64,000 nt of DNA, taken from Ruditapes philippinarum. Lineage: Eukaryota. The translations under genes and the position numbers were made by a program. The DNA is taken from contig NW_026853591.1 of assembly GCF_026571515.1 (NCBI RefSeq), positions 62,001 through 126,000 of the forward strand, given 5' to 3'. Positions 1 through 14,400 of this stretch are shown piece by piece. The notes under the pieces are model-generated. The model searched no databases, had not been told where the DNA came from, and saw nothing but the letters and a program-made list of their open reading frames with translations. Positions within the stretch are counted from its first letter, which is position 1, and every line of letters begins with the position of its first letter.

Positions 1-259
1 TCTTAAGTTTAATACATTTACAATAATATTGTAAGTTTATGTAAAGTTACATTATTATATCAATACAAATGTTCAAATGTTAGTGTGTCCTAAATTGTTT
101 AAATACCTATACATATTTGTAATTTTAATTACTATTTCGTTTAGTAGATAAAAACGTATTAAAATTAATGTTTAATAAAGACTTTAGGTTACATATCAAT
201 GATGCTATTTTAATATATACCTATATTACTGCAAAAGGACAAAACAAAACATTTAAAAA

Positions 260-1190
260 ATATACATTATGTTTTCCGAAACTACAAGCCACTACTTACA
301 TTTTTGATGGAGGAAACAAAACACATTGACAGTTAAAAGTGTTTTGTTAAATATAGAGATATTAGAAACTCATAAGCAAAGAAAACAAAGGCTTTTAGAT
401 TTCTTCTTCGGCACCATTCTCTTCATTTAATATGTAGGAGTGAAAGTTAAAGTGTTTTTGAAAAAATAAACCAATGATAATGGAATATTCTAATGGCATA
501 ATAGAACCTCATATTGAAGGGTGATAAACACACAAATCCGGGTTTGATCCAGGGGAATAGTAACTGAACTGTATACAAATTGGTATGTTTTATATTCTTC
601 CTTTATTTAACACCAGACTAATTCGACTATGGAGCGTAAAAACAAAGCAATAAACTATCAATCAAGGTAGCCTCTCTGGAAAAATGATTTTTGTAATCAC
701 ATTTCTACCACATTAAGATGTCTCCATTTCAGGAAAATCTTTACATTTAGACTGAATTTACCAGAGCAAATATGTTTAACAATGTATGACTTTATAAAAG
801 AGAGTGTGTTTTAAGTTCCTTTGGGAACTATATTTTTCTCTCCATCTTCATGACAATACTATCCTCTCTTGTTTTCTTGTTACTTCTTGTTGCTTTATAA
901 ATAAGTACGATCTTTCTTTGTGCCTTTTTTGAAGTCGTCCATGATGGGAACACATTTAAGCAGATGTCATCCAAGGTCACAATATTTTTGCTACTTGTAA
1001 CGTTACGTTTTGCAGAAGTACATGATGATAAAATAAAGATTTTCGATATATTATTCAATATGTAACATACGAGTTCATTGAATTTATATGAGTTCATTGA
1101 ATTAACATCGTTCTTTATGCAATAAATGAATAAACTGGAATATTTATAAGTTTCCAAAGAAAAATGTATCATCGAGGTAAGAAATGTGGA
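260..1190 (+). pseudogene. Decayed class A GPCR (FMRFamide-receptor-like type), TM3-TM7 relic
   Basis: Manual translation with stops and frameshifts. TM3-like 'WNILMA.IE(P)HIEG**THK' at ~481-535 (cf. W.LVAMTIER.IAV.FPHK). TM5-like 'NYIFLSIFMTILSSLVFLLLLVAL*ISTIF' at ~826-915. TM6-like 'SKVTIFLLLVTLRF' at ~970-1010. TM7-like 'VH*INIVLYAIN' at ~1092-1127. Motifs are in the correct order. Confidence 0.5.
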
Positions 1191-3360
1191 TTAAAATTTA
1201 AAAATAAAATAGAAAAAGCTGATCTTGATTATATTAGTCTTTTATAAAAAATTATGAGTTGTTTCCGTATTGAAATAAACAACTTAATGTGTACACGTAG
1301 TTACTAAACTTGACTGTTAAGGACAGTATATATAGAAAGAGCAAGCTAATGTTTTGTTTCAATTTGATGTACATGTAATTTTTTTGTTCAAAATATTATG
1401 TGTAATGTACATGACTTTAACTCATGCGAACATACTCAGATGACATCAGTTAATATTTTTGGCATCTTTCACGTAATATTCAACCTTGATATCTTTCATT
1501 CAACTTTTTTTTATAAAAGTCAGTTTAGGAGGAGGAAGGAGAAAGCATATATATTAATCAACGACCAGTTATATATTAGTTATACTGTGTTGGCGTGAAG
1601 TTAAACCCATCTGAAACACAATTCTACATACTTATATGTAGTGGCAGGTTTTGTTTCATTATTATGTCTGGTTAATAAAAAAATCAAGATAAGACTTTAA
1701 ATTTTGAAACAACATTAATGAATTCCGAAAACGTACAAACAGAAGACCATTATTGTGTGTCGTTAGTATAAATGTAACAACTGAACATATTAAAAGCATA
1801 TAATTTAATCTTAGACTTTAATTACCTAGAGTCCTGGTACATACAATGTCAAATGATTAGTAAGAGCAAAATAAAGGATAAAAAAAGTGCAATCACAGGA
1901 CGCGACGATGGCAATTACTGATGCAAAACTTCTATAAACAAACATATTGATTCAAAACGTACTCTAAAAGAATGTTCTTTTATTGATAAACTTCTACCGG
2001 AAAGAAGGAATTATGCACGGACCTTACAACTTTACTAATAGCATACAAATGAGATAATTACACATTATTACATCATAGTTTAACATTCAATAAACACAAG
2101 GGGCATTATCTTAATACCCAATCTTCATTGCACTGTACTGATGCTTCTATAATAAACATATTTAGCATGAAAGAATCACTGTAATAACATAAATATAAAT
2201 ACATAATTTTCAGAATTATAACATGTACATTATCTCTATTTTTTACAAACAAACAAACGAAAAAAAACTTATAACATTACTCCCTACAATAATTTGATAA
2301 CATTCAATTTATAATTACACGCTACGTTTTGAAATCTTGAAGTATTACTTTATCAGATATCATTATACAGACACCTGATATCAATCACCTGTGTAAAATA
2401 TCAAAACATTAAACGCTTAATGAACAGTATAGTGAATACGTATAATGCAGATTTGTAGCATATTCTGCTTGCTTGCTTGCACACAATATGGTGTATTGGA
2501 TGGTACCCGGCTAGACAGGTTCATAAATTGCAATCTAATTTAATTACTATATAATTTCTAACACTTTTGTGATGTCGCGTGCAATTAAAGATGTTTATGT
2601 TTCGAAATCAGTAAAAAATATTTGAATTTGTTTTATTACTTTTGTAAAGATAATTAAACAATGCAAATATCAAATTGTATATTTGTATCGGTCGGAATGT
2701 TTAAGTTCTTTTACTCAGCGATCATGACTTTGTCCTATACAAAAGCTATCAAAATAATCGTGTTTTTATGACGTCAAGGATGACATTTCGGAAATATCAT
2801 CCGAGTTAGCCATTGTCTGCCTGTAAATCAATTTTAGTTTCACTATATTGAATTTTCTCTTTATTTATCTATTTGGCATGTACATACTTGGTACACATTA
2901 TTTTCAGTATTAGTTAGGCATTGATGCAATATTTATGTTGTTGACGGTATAATGAAGTTATAAATTTCTCATATGTGTCATGTTTTATTAATAACGGATA
3001 TGAGGTGATAAACAATCTTGAGTTTAAAACACTTTTACTTTATTTGATATAAAATTAGAAAATGGTCTGTCAAAAACAATGAAAACAAAGGGGTGCTAGG
3101 GGGTAGGATCACGTGTGCTTTAACGGTATCATGGCACAATATTTTATTTTTATTTGACTTAAGCAATTTACAAATTGTTTCTTGTTTTAGATTTAATAGA
3201 AACATTGGCAGCAAAAGTTTAAGTAATAGGGAAACAATTATGGTAATTACTGGTCAGATATCCAGGAAAGCATGTTAGGTGTGATGACCGCTGGTGATAT
3301 GGCAAAATAAATTATGTGTTAAAGTAGGCAAGAAACAAATAAACAAACAGGTTTCTAAAT

Positions 3361-3620
3361 GAAAAAGATCAGATTGCGAGTACATTGAATCAGCGTACCA
3401 ACCCTAACACACCCACTGAGGATGTTCTTGTATGATGTGCAATGTGCATTAAAACAACATGATATTTGAAAGGAGTAAATTTACACAGTCAGCAAGAACC
3501 GATAAAACGAATACCTTATGCACCTGTCTTTCATGCTCAAGGAATCTATACCTATGAATCAACAAACAAGGAGCAAAGGGAAGATATCATAAATGGACAT
3601 TAAATGGCGTTATATTGAAA
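3361..3620 (+). pseudogene. Decayed immunoglobulin-domain exon
   Basis: A single frame from 3361 reads EDVLV*CAMCIKTT*YLKGVNLHSQQEPIKRIPYAPVFHAQGIYTYESTNK. This fits V.C...W(TGA)Y.KG..L...G-I-Y-T-C(TAT for TGT)-E-S-T-N, the Ig I/C2-set pattern, with two stops. Confidence 0.5.
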
Positions 3621-4374
3621 CGAAATTAAAAATGTAGAACTAAGTAAACGGAATTACTTACTTCTGTTATAATATAATGAACATTATTTTTCTTGTGTGA
3701 TTTGTTACCTGAATGCTACTAGCTACTATTTCTTTCTTAACAATGTACAATAGGAAAACATTTTTAGACTATTTGGAGTTCCCTCATTTCTGACAAATAG
3801 CTCTTCTAATAGCAAAGTTTTAATTAATAAACAACAAAACGTTAAAATTTTGTTTTAATTTTGCATACAAGTGTCCTTAAAGGCATATAACCTGCCTATG
3901 TTGTCAGCTGAACAGTTCCTGACAGTGCCCATTAGGGTCTTCTACCATACGACAAAAACTGACGCGAGCATGTGTTTTGTACAACTTTACTAAAACGGGC
4001 ACACAATCGAAACTGTTTTCTAGCATGGGAACTGGCAAAAACTATACTTTTCTGGACCAATACAGGAATACAATAAAAATGTATTGGCCCTCACGATGTG
4101 GATACTAAGGGGTATTGCGACAGAACTCAGCAATTCAACGGCGGGTATTGCTAGTTACGTTAATGTCACTTCAAATAGGGAAATTACGTCCGTTCTCTCG
4201 TTTTGTTTGTATCCATTGTATGTATATTGAATGCGATGAGACAAGACTAAACCTACAGCGAACTACAAAATGCATTTTTATTATATAGATATTGTAAAGG
4301 GCCTCTTTTTGCGTCAGTGAATTATTTTGGTAAAAGATCGGTACCTCACATCTATATAACATAAACATATTTAC

Positions 4375-4800
4375 AAATCAATGGCAGAATCAAGTTAGAA
4401 ACGCAAATCCGTGAGAAGTAATAATTCAATTTAAATATCAGTAACCTTGTTCAAACATTTCACAGACGTGACATGCACTGATATTGTTTATTGATGGTCA
4501 AAATATCAGTTTAATCATCTGGATTTGTTGATTGAGACACTTTGTTTCAAGGATATTTGTGAACACTTAATTTTTAAGATAAAATTAAAACATTCATAGA
4601 CAATACGAAAAGACAAATGTACATAATTATAAATAACATTAACAAATGTAAGAGACATTTACTAAGCACGCCCCCAAAACTTGGAACCGAGTAAAATCTG
4701 AAACTATTCTGACATTGTTTCATACACCTGCGATCACTACAAAAGTCAAAATAGTATGTTGATGTAGAATATGAATATCACGAAATTTCACTGTAAAAGC
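4375..4800 (+). pseudogene. Decayed class A GPCR TM1-TM3 relic, family-1 copy 1
   Basis: Paralog of the 13973 and 22056 blocks; retains 'HFTDVTCTDIVY' (TM2 LA.TD region). Confidence 0.5.
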
Positions 4801-6659
4801 TGATCTGTTTAGTGCGTGTGTTTTTCTTTTTTTACTGGACAATAGTGTTAACATGACAGTTTTGAATTGGAACGACTCGTCAAACTGTATAATTATTGAG
4901 TGTGAAAGTGAACTAACATGACATTAACCGAACCCTCTAACTAACTCCGTCATTTTGCGCTTGCATTTTTTTGTTTTCCTATTTTCGGACATCAATCTTT
5001 CAGGATATCAATTTTTCTATTCAATGGTAATGAGCTTAAAATAAAAATTCTGGTAATAAATATTCATTGTGACTATATCATCGCCTTACACAGACTACTA
5101 ATATTGCGAAGTCAAGGTGGACTACTAAAGGATAATCACTACAATATATACAATAACGTCACTAAAAAATGTACTGGCTTTAAGTATAAAAAAAATAGTT
5201 GTCAAGCGTCATAAATAAATATAATAAGTAAAGGTATATATATCGCGTTTTCATTATAAAGACGGTTTGAAATGAAATTTGAAAGCTCATTGGTAAATTG
5301 AAAATAGTGAAATGTGAAAAATTCTACTATCAAGTTTGATTTGCGTGAAATATATTTTGTCATTATTTCATTGTTTTTAGTTTATGACAGCTGTCTTTGC
5401 CCATGTAAACTAAAAATTAGTAGTATTATTACATTCAGGCAAACATTATATATGGGCATATACCTAACGTGAACATAGAAACACAGGACTTATTTTGTAA
5501 ACGATGATCTTTATTCAGCTTCTTTCAAAGTTTGTAATTTTGTGATTTGTGATTCAGCAAAATTTCTCCGAGATAAAGTTATTTGGACATAGAGCCCTAC
5601 TAGAACAATTGTTTTTTTTTCTTTGAATACTGTGGGATAAAAAAATGGCAAATTGGTTAAACAGATGAATTCCAAAGAAGAACAATAATGCCGATGACGT
5701 TGGCAAAAGAGTCGAAAACATACACATCCACCTTAAATGATTATTCTTCAGATTACACGTACTGATATATCGTAAAATTTTCAAACGTAACATATATACT
5801 TATGTATTTTTTTTTTTTTGAACTTTGAAATTTTTTTTTTTGACTTTTTTGAAATTTTTTTCTCGTCACCAAAGTAGAAGTAACATATTTTGCTATTGCT
5901 CGATTAGGCAATTAAATCAATTCAAATGCATTTCATTGACAAATGAACAGCAAAATAACACTGGATACAAATCACATGTGCAACAATGTGTTTGTAGCAA
6001 ACATATTCAATATGGGAACGTAAAATGTCGTGAGAAATGAAGGAGAATTCAATTAGCAAACTCACATCTTAAGCAAATAATCTTAGAAGTTTCTTATTCG
6101 CATTCAATCAATGACAGTATTATACTTGTTGTTGTCCTTGACTGGATTGTTATACTGCCATGGAAAATTTCTTGCAACACGACAGCATCCCAGGTTAAAT
6201 AAAAACTAAATATATGTAAATAATACTTGTATGATGTCTTGTATAGGCACAAGTATTAGTAACTTACTATTCAAAGGTTCATCGTAAAATGACATTGACC
6301 TCGGATTAGGACGTTCTGTTATAACTCTCAAAATGGCAAATTATAAAAAAGAAAAATCTGTTTGACGTCATTATATGACAACCGGACTATTTATAAGAGA
6401 TCGCCGTCAATTGTATGCTTTAAAACCGCTTTCTTAATATTAATTTTGCGATGGCTTATTTATTCAAGTTCATTTTCTGTAACTAAACAAGTTTCTATTT
6501 AACACAAAACCAACAACGGTGATTCACCATCATGGTTCAATAAATTGATAAATATTATGGATAAAAGACCACACATGTTATCGTTTGTAATGTTTATATT
6601 TTATCATTTTAATAAAACGATTAACTAATATGCGGGTAACATTAAAAAAGGCACTTTCA

Positions 6660-6900
6660 CTTTGAAGCGTGTTGCAGACTTTAATACTTTAAAAATGTTT
6701 TGCAAGTCTATGCACTTTAAATTTTAAACAAATAAACCGGTAAAATGCAATAAAACAATTTTCAAGAGAATGGACGCAAATGAGTATACACTGTATCAAG
6801 GTACAGTCATTAAAAAATCCTCATAATGTGGTATAGTTATTTGTAAACATTGTAAAAACATCAACGCAACTATTGATCGTTCCGTTGAAAAGTTATCAAT
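6660..6900 (+). pseudogene. Decayed class A GPCR TM3-TM4 relic, copy 1
   Basis: Reads 'CCRL*YFKNVLQVYAL*IL'; paralog of the 16325 and 23455 blocks. Confidence 0.45.
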
Positions 6901-7319
6901 AAAAAAGAAGTGACGTGGACGTTTAAATTAGAATCAGTATGCTTCTTGAAACTATAAAAGAGATTTAGTAAAAAGAGGTATTTAAAATGAAATTGTAAAA
7001 TATTCTTTGAAACCTGTTTTTTCTGTTTTAACGATAATTGTAATTTTTTCAATGCATTACTTTCGCATTTTTTAACGTAAATATTTAACAGTAGATCCTG
7101 GACTGGGTTGTATGTTTATATTCACTTAAAATATTTTCTGTCGTTAATTATTGTCTAGAACACAATATGTCCAAAGAAATAAATCTATGTAAACTGTAGT
7201 AGATAAAATTTGAAAAAAAAAACGATTTTTTCCCCCAAAAGAACCAGAAATAAACAAACAAAAAAAACAAACAAATACTAGCTCAATACATAAACAAATG
7301 ATAATAATTATAAAAAAAA

Positions 7320-7760
7320 TATGTATCATAATCTGTAAGGTCGTCTTTATCGTATTGATAAAAGCAATAACATTTCTTCTGCTGATACTAGTGGTTAGAA
7401 AGCGTCAATTGTTCTTAAACATGTTGACGAAGGGAAGTTTATATTATGTTTATCAAATCCTTACAAAATGCGTCACCTGAATAAACAAGAGCAACGGGTT
7501 AACAAGGAAAACAAAACTATGGTTCATCTACAGCTCGATCCCTTTTTTATTCATGACTGTAACAATATCATTTAGATAATGTATATTAATTTTATTTTTG
7601 AGCATTAGAAATCTTAAGCTTTATAAGAGTTTGAAGTAAGATTATTACCAAAAATTATCCGGGTTTCTCATTCATGCAGTTCGAATACAGATAGCAATGA
7701 TCTTAACATAACGTTAAAGCCTGATTCACCTTTTTAAGGAAGGATTGTAATTAAGTAAGA
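7320..7760 (+). pseudogene. Decayed class A GPCR relic (TM3 and TM5)
   Basis: TM3-like 'ICKVVFIVLIKAITFLLLILVVRKR' (within ORF 7298-7480), then TM5-like 'KLWFIYSSIPFLFMTVTI' at ~7513-7570. Confidence 0.4.
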
Positions 7761-8754
7761 CATATTCCAGATTTCAAAGCTTGTCAATTAAGTAGTCCAT
7801 GTCTTCATAAAAAAGATCCGTTTCAATAGGAAGCCTCTTCTTATCCCAAATGATGGCATTTCCGTCGTCATTTGTCAACGATAATTGAATGTTGATACTT
7901 CGGAACATATCTGAATCTAATCAAAGTCTGATATTGCGTGTGTTAGTTTGTCGAAATTAACATTTCATATTATTTATTCATCGTTTCGATGGCGGTGCTA
8001 TAGACACTTGGGTGTGTATTGGCATGCTCGTTATAATTTTAATTGCCTCAATTGATCACAACATTGACGTTCACAAAAAGAGTATATTCATGAATATAAT
8101 AATGCTTAAATATGTATTTAATTTGTGAGGAAAATTCTGATCCTCAGTTAGAAATGATCGGGGCTCAACTATAGAATAAAAAAAATCACTTTCCGATCGA
8201 TATGTATAAAAGGAAACATTGTATTCGGACCTCGTTTTATGTATGCTTTGTAAATACTAAACAAATCAGTGTTATTGGCCCTTTATTTCGGCAATAAGGC
8301 ACAGTGATTTTTATCAGAAAGAGAAAGTTACTTATAAAACCCACCAGAAAGTAATTAGATAAAGTTAAAGAATCCCGAACAGCTAGTTTACGAAACGTTG
8401 GTGTTCCTCTCAGGTGACTGCGATAGTTAGAATAAAAAAAAACATAGTCTTATCTTAACGATATTCAGGGGACCACCTGATTTTTGTCGTTATATTCTGA
8501 ATATCATTGCTTGTAAAATCTTTTTGGTTGTGGTGCATGTTTAGAAATGTGTTAGCAAGAACATAGTTAGCAAGACTTAGTAAGAAGCAAAAGCATATCT
8601 TTTCATAGAATTTAGCAATTTATGTTTTTTTTTCTTTTTCTTTTTCCTCTGATAAAAATCAACAAGAAAGACAACACGACTACAAAAAAATAATCCTTAA
8701 CACCAAGGAATTATGTTACATTTTCTACTTTTGCGTTTATCTTTTTCTTCCTTT

Positions 8755-8880
8755 ATTCGATAAGGTATCACGGCGCATTAAATCAATATAGGTCATCTGG
8801 CGACTTTCAAGCTTTACTGGTGAAAGAAGCCAGCAGATGCCCATCTTTGCTTTATTTAAGGCACATACGGGCACCTGAAG
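8755..8880 (-). mobile_element. tRNA-SINE family A, diverged 3' fragment
   Basis: 'tataggtcat.tggcgactttcaagctttactggtg...ggcac' matches the reverse complement of the 3' half of the SINE at 37520-37755. Confidence 0.8.
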
Positions 8881-8939
8881 GAATAACATTGTTTAAACTG
8901 AGTGTTATAGTTAATAAACAATAATAACGAAATTTGCAT

Positions 8940-9080
8940 TTTCATATGCAATTGGCAGATAGACATAATTTATACCGATTTCTATGCAACATTGTTTTTA
9001 GATGAATAGATAAGATTATTATTGCACGAGAGCTTTTATGTGCTGGTATTTAATTTGTTTAATCAATACTCTTAAAAGAA
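8940..9080 (+). pseudogene. Decayed class A GPCR TM3 relic (paralog of 24910-25100)
   Basis: Reads 'RFLCNIVF...SIL'; the TM3 pattern is clearer in the paralog. Confidence 0.35.
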
Positions 9081-11128
9081 TGATTTTAAAATTGTGGGCG
9101 GACTTCTTTTTGGGGTTGAAAATATATTTTAAGCAAATATTCAGCTCGTTTTTATTTTTTAAAATTAAAACAAGATCTATTTTTAATTTTTCTTTATCAA
9201 AAATTTAAAATTTAAAGAATCGACATATTGGCCCTTGTTTACGACAGTATCTGAATTTAAAATAATACCAAAAAATTTATTTTCAATCGGGCATTTAATT
9301 TTTCTTTTCAGAAGAAACACGAAAGGGTTTTACTATAAAATAGGGCAATCAATTTAAAATGTATTGCCCGAAAATAAAGAAAAAAACATGACCATTTTTT
9401 TATCATATCATTTGTTTAACAAAATGAATTTGGGAAAAGGGGTTTGTTTCGCATTACATTAAACAAAAAAATTTTAATAAAAACAAGGGATAAACGTATT
9501 TGAAATTTTTTCATTTTCTGGGAATTTTTAAACTTTTTTAAATCGTCAACACGTTTATAAAAATACTAAAAATTTCTTTATGATTTAAAATTTGGTTTTT
9601 CCGGGTGAGGTGTTACGCTTCTTGTTGGAGCCATGACGTCAATTTAAACTGATTAAAGAATTTTTTTTGCCCCTGACATTTACAAAAAGTTAAAACCGAG
9701 GGCCAATTTTTTTCGTGCAGCAAATTTCAAAATTAAAAAAGAGCTGAAAGATTAATATTACAAAATATTTATTTCACCGTTATAAAATTTTAATTTTCAA
9801 ATCAAGGTTGCTTCCCTAAATAAGCCTTGTATCAAGTATAAAGTTAATTTTTCATGGTAGTTTATTTTTTTTTATTTATTCCTGACATGTTTTAAACAAT
9901 ACCGGGGAAAACTCCCCCTTTAGACGGATTTTTGCTTTTGGTTAAAGTGTGGTTAATATTCTGTGTGTGAATTGTTGAAGAAAAGATTACCAAACTTCCA
10001 AAAAACGTTGGATAATTTCTTTTAAATAAATTTTTTATTTTTTAAAAAGGTTTTAAAAATAAATGATTTAATAAATAAAATTATTCCAAATTTTTATCAC
10101 TAAAATTAAAAATATTTGTTTTTTCCACACTTTAAGGTATTTACAGCAAATTTGAAAACTATTTAAACAACTGGAATAAATGTCAACTATGTTCAACTGA
10201 AATTGTATGCATTTAAATTGTATAAAGATGATCTTAACAGTTTTCCTTGCGAAGAGATCAAATTGACGAAACTGGACAAAAACATTAACCCTTAAGTGTC
10301 CTTTTTTATTATAAACTCTAATAAACGACCAATATGCAAATTACGAAGTCCTAACGATTCCTTCCGAACACTTGTGACAGGCTACGGATATTATTCGCAC
10401 ATTTTAAAAGTATTAAATGAATTTGGTTTCATTGTAATTATTTTTTCATAGAACATCATGATACCATTATATTTGTAACATTGTACTCATTTATCTTATA
10501 ATAGTCAATTACACTTTGGTATTGTATTATTTCCGCTTGTGGTAAAACACATGGCAGACTATGGAAGATTTATTTAGACATGATCCATAAACATTGTCCA
10601 TATGTCACATTTGTAGCCGTAAAGAATGACCTGAACGTAAATTGAATCTTCTTAGCTCACTTACTTACATTCATATAAAATAATGAATAATTGATGAGTA
10701 CAAATTATACCCAATGAAAGTTATTAAAATGGGGAGTTTGATTGATTATTGATCAGTTCCATAAATAACATTAGATTATTATCTCTTGATCTGTAAGCGG
10801 GAATTTTTATATCATGCTGTAAATGAAAAAAGAATCAGCTTTCGCCATGTCATGTACATATATTTGGTTAAGTTGTTTTAAGTGACAGTATGTTTTTTGA
10901 TTTCCTTAATATTAAGAACGTAGACTACTTATGTAATTTCATTTCAGTCTTAAAATCTTTGTAATAATGTTTTAAATGTAAACTTTCTTTTTCCAGCCAA
11001 GTTTATAAAAATAAGAAATGAAATACAATGTACACACAACGTGGTGTGTGCTGGCATTTAAGGGATCTACTCGGGTCAGTCTAAAAAGGAATAAATGAAC
11101 CACCTCTACCATTTTCTTACTCATTTAG

Positions 11129-11410
11129 GAGACACGTTTGTACATTCTGTCATTTTGAGACCGTATGTTGGCTTTTTTGGACGACATAAAAGTGCCATAT
11201 ATCAAGGTTCCATATAAACATTTGCGTTCAAATGCATCATCAGAAGCCATAAATTTCACGTTGAACATCATTTTTAATATCGAAGTTGCATTCTACTAAC
11301 AAAAGATCGATTATAAAAGACATTGATTTTGACTTGCTTTATCTATTGTCATTTATGAGTCCAAAACAAGGAATAATAGGACCGGACCTGTAATATTCTA
11401 ATCGAACCAT
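11129..11410 (+). pseudogene. Decayed immunoglobulin-domain exon
   Basis: After the acceptor ttactcatttAG (11128), a phase-1 frame reads GDTFVHSVILRPYVGFFGRHKSAIYQGSI*TFAFKCIIRSHKFHVEHHF*YRSCILLTKDRL*KTLILTCFIYCHL*VQNK. This fits V.L.P....(E)GS..TF.C....W(stop)Y....L....TL.L....Y.C.V.N. Confidence 0.55.
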
Positions 11411-12059
11411 GTTGTACAATCCTCAATATATCAACATTTGATACATTTTCATGGTTAATGGAAAAATTGATACAGAGATGTTTCAATCCTTTTGGACCAT
11501 AAATGGCGTTATAAAAGATGAGATGTTACTTTGCAAACAGGTTTGGATGATTATGACCTAACAATGAACACAATTTTTATTATCGTATGATTAAATCGTA
11601 TACATCATTGCAATTTCTTCATTTATCCAAATAAACTGTGTTGTATTATAATTACTCCATATGCATTAACACATATAAGCCTGTTATACTACTTTCACGA
11701 CATTAAGAAGCCTCACCTTAGTGATTGGTTAGTGTTCAAATAATTTGCTAGTACTTAAAGATTCTTTCATTTGGGTTACGGACGACCGGTTGTTCTACTT
11801 TCGTTACTTCGTTATCGCAGGAAGAGGCTTCTGATGTATTTCTCCACCCAAAAAGCTGGAAAGATACCATCGGCATTATCAGTTTTGGTTGGACTTAAAA
11901 CAGCCCCCCTTCCTGTATATCCTTGTATTTAACTATAATCGCACTGTACTTGTTATATATAACAGCAAACATATATTATCAATCATATTGCAGACAATAT
12001 GCAGCATTGATATCTTAGACAAAACAAATTTAAGGGTTATGTCTAAATCATTTGTTTGG

Positions 12060-12240
12060 ATTTGACGAACCAACGACCTATACAAATATAAACCGATCAA
12101 CCAAGTTTTTTTATGTCTGGTCTGTGTTTTTTTAATTCATATGTCATTGTACACAGACACGAACCCCGATTTTAATTAAAATTTAAAATTTGACAGTCTC
12201 TCCCAAACATCGTCAAAAAAGCAACATCTTGATCGGACAA
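12060..12240 (-). pseudogene. Decayed class A GPCR TM3 end to TM4 relic (paralog of 21725-21900)
   Basis: The minus strand reads 'VAFLTMF/ERL' followed by a hydrophobic TM4-like segment; clearer in the paralog. Confidence 0.35.
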
Positions 12241-12470
12241 ATCTTTTTGATATGGTATTATTAGATGTTGACTTGTATAGTTTTCAGACTTCTTTTTTGG
12301 TGGTTCATATAATGCATTTTCACTTCTATCCAGATATTTACATTTTGCTTTCATTTAATATAATCGAAACAGTTATTTGCAAAAAATAAATAGTCAAATA
12401 CACATTATTTCTTTTTGATTGCGAAGATAAAGTAAAATGGATATAGAAAAATATAGTTATAATTTAACGT

Positions 12471-12705
12471 TTGTTAGATAGGGTTTTACGCCACATCGAC
12501 ACAGTATAGGTCATATGGTGATGTTTCAGCTTTACTGGTTGAGGAAGACCTCAGTTGCCCCTCCGTGCATTATTTCAGGCACGAACGGGCACCTCATTAG
12601 CGCCACCGACGTTCGGTAAGTTTGCTGGATAGCTTCCTCATATGAAAGAATCCAAAGTCCCTGTCAGGAGTCGAGCCCACAACGGCGAGGGGCAAGTGGT
12701 TTGAA
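12471..12705 (-). mobile_element. tRNA-SINE family A (bivalve type, resembles Meta-domain SINEs from recall), 5'-truncated
   Basis: The reverse complement aligns end to end with 37520-37755: degenerate B box, 'gcctgaaataatgcacggagggg', 'cagtaaagctg', and tail 'atatgacctatactgtgtcg...gtaaaaccc'. Confidence 0.9.
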
Positions 12706-13972
12706 TATATTGTAATTAGTAGGTGGCTCTGCTACTTAAAACATATTTGCAACTCTACGAAATTCAATAATTAAATAAATGTTTATGTGCTTTCAAGAAG
12801 TGTTAAATAAAATGGGCACGTGCGTATTGACGTTTAAACATATTATTTAGACAAAATAGCATTTGTATTATGATACGTAAGTCGTATAACCACAAGCGCA
12901 ACATTTCTTCTTTTTTCTGGTTAAATATGAAAATAAAGATCAATCTATAAATTATTTTCACACCTTTTCTTAAAAAAGTTTATCAATAAAAGAATCGACT
13001 TTGAGACAATATTCAAGCTTTAAGCGGAAAGAGTGTAATGTTTTTATTGAATGATTTAAAGAATATAAATATATCATCCGAGTCTGTTATATCATCAACT
13101 GTGTCGTGTTTTACCGTTCTATATGTATTATGTTTTCTTTCCTGTAGATGCCATTGTAATAAATATTTCTATATTGATTATTTTTTAAGAAGTTCAGACA
13201 CTTCAATGCACCAATGTATATTATAAAAAATTTATTGAATAAAAAAACTTATACAAAAAGGGAATTGATGGGGAAATTTCATTGCTTTTTTCTTTGGGAA
13301 ATTAAAAGGTTTGGTTGGATAGTGCTTAAAAGCATATACTTTTTCTTTTTTTGTGTTGTTGTTGTTTTTTTTTCGAGTTAAAAAATTTTGCGAGTGTGTA
13401 AAAAAAAAAAGGGATCAAAAAGAAATCATAACTTGAAATAATAAAGAAAAGATGAAAATCTGTGATTTTAAAAATTAAAAACAAAAATCCTCGATAAGGG
13501 GGGTTTAAAACTCCCAACGTTGGGGATTATTTTTTTGTGGATTAGATAATGCAAACTTGAAATGATTGCAGATTAATCAGCCCTTTCAGGAGACTAAAAA
13601 GTGAGCTAGGTCCACGCTCCTACATTTTATAAATATTTAAAAACCCTATAGTGCTGTCGAGTTTGCAAAATTGGTGCTAGCAGGTTTAAAATTTATTGTC
13701 CATTTTTTTTTTAAACCTACAACATTTGCAATTTGGCCGTGCAAAACGACCCTTACGTATTTATTATTCCTATATATTTTTAAAATAAAAATCAGTAAAG
13801 TATATATAAAAAAATATTGGTATTGACATATTTTGCATCAAAATTTCTATCGAAATATGTGGGAAAAAACAACTACAACAAAACAAAAATAAAACAAAAC
13901 AAAAACATCAACAGAACGGAAACATTTGAGCCCCTTTCATAAGCATCTATAAAACGTAGAACCTTTTACAAA

Positions 13973-14400
13973 TCAATGGCAGCGAGTGTTAGAAATTCAG
14001 TCCGTGAGTAGTCATTATTCAATTAAAATATCAGTTACGTTGTTCGATCATTTCACAGACGTGACATGCACTGATATTGTTTATCGATGGTCAATAATAT
14101 TATTTCAACCGGCTGGGAGTATGTTTTATGGAGCACTTTGTTTCCATGATATGCAACAACGCACTAATAACTATAGTATAACTAACTATAGTAACCACCA
14201 ATAATCCATAAAAGCCCAATACATACATAAAATTGTTTAATGTTTAAAATGAAAAAAGATCAACAAAAGTAAGCGACAGTCACTTAAAGCAAACTCTTGG
14301 GGACTAAATGAAATCTTAAACTATTGCGAGATTGTTTCCTACATAGTGATAACTACTAGGGTTATAGTGTTTTCGAGATAGAATATGAAGATGCCGACAT
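13973..14400 (+). pseudogene. Decayed class A GPCR TM1 to ECL2 relic, family-1 copy 2
   Basis: TM1 and ICL1: 'SMAASVRNSV/VVIIQLKYQLR' (cf. G..GNS.V). TM2, ECL1 W.YG.LC and the TM3 Cys: 'HFTDVTCTDIVYRWSIILFQPAGSMFYGALC' (ORF 13986-14204). A later ECL2-like 'WGLNEILNYC'. Confidence 0.55.

Noticed and set aside
828-1172. 114-aa minus-strand ORF, the longest in the track
   Set aside because: No recognisable motif; it is the antisense shadow of the GPCR TM5-TM7 relic on the plus strand.
3900-3940. 12-nt resemblance to a molluscan miRNA (acagttcctgac)
   Set aside because: Partial match only, with no precursor-sized hairpin.
4430-4515. Short inverted repeats (aatatcagt/actgatatt; also gtctgtgt/acacagac at 12120-12158) as miRNA or snoRNA hairpins
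   Set aside because: Stems are short and not consistently kept among paralogs, no known mature miRNA is recognisable, and the regions read as GPCR relics.
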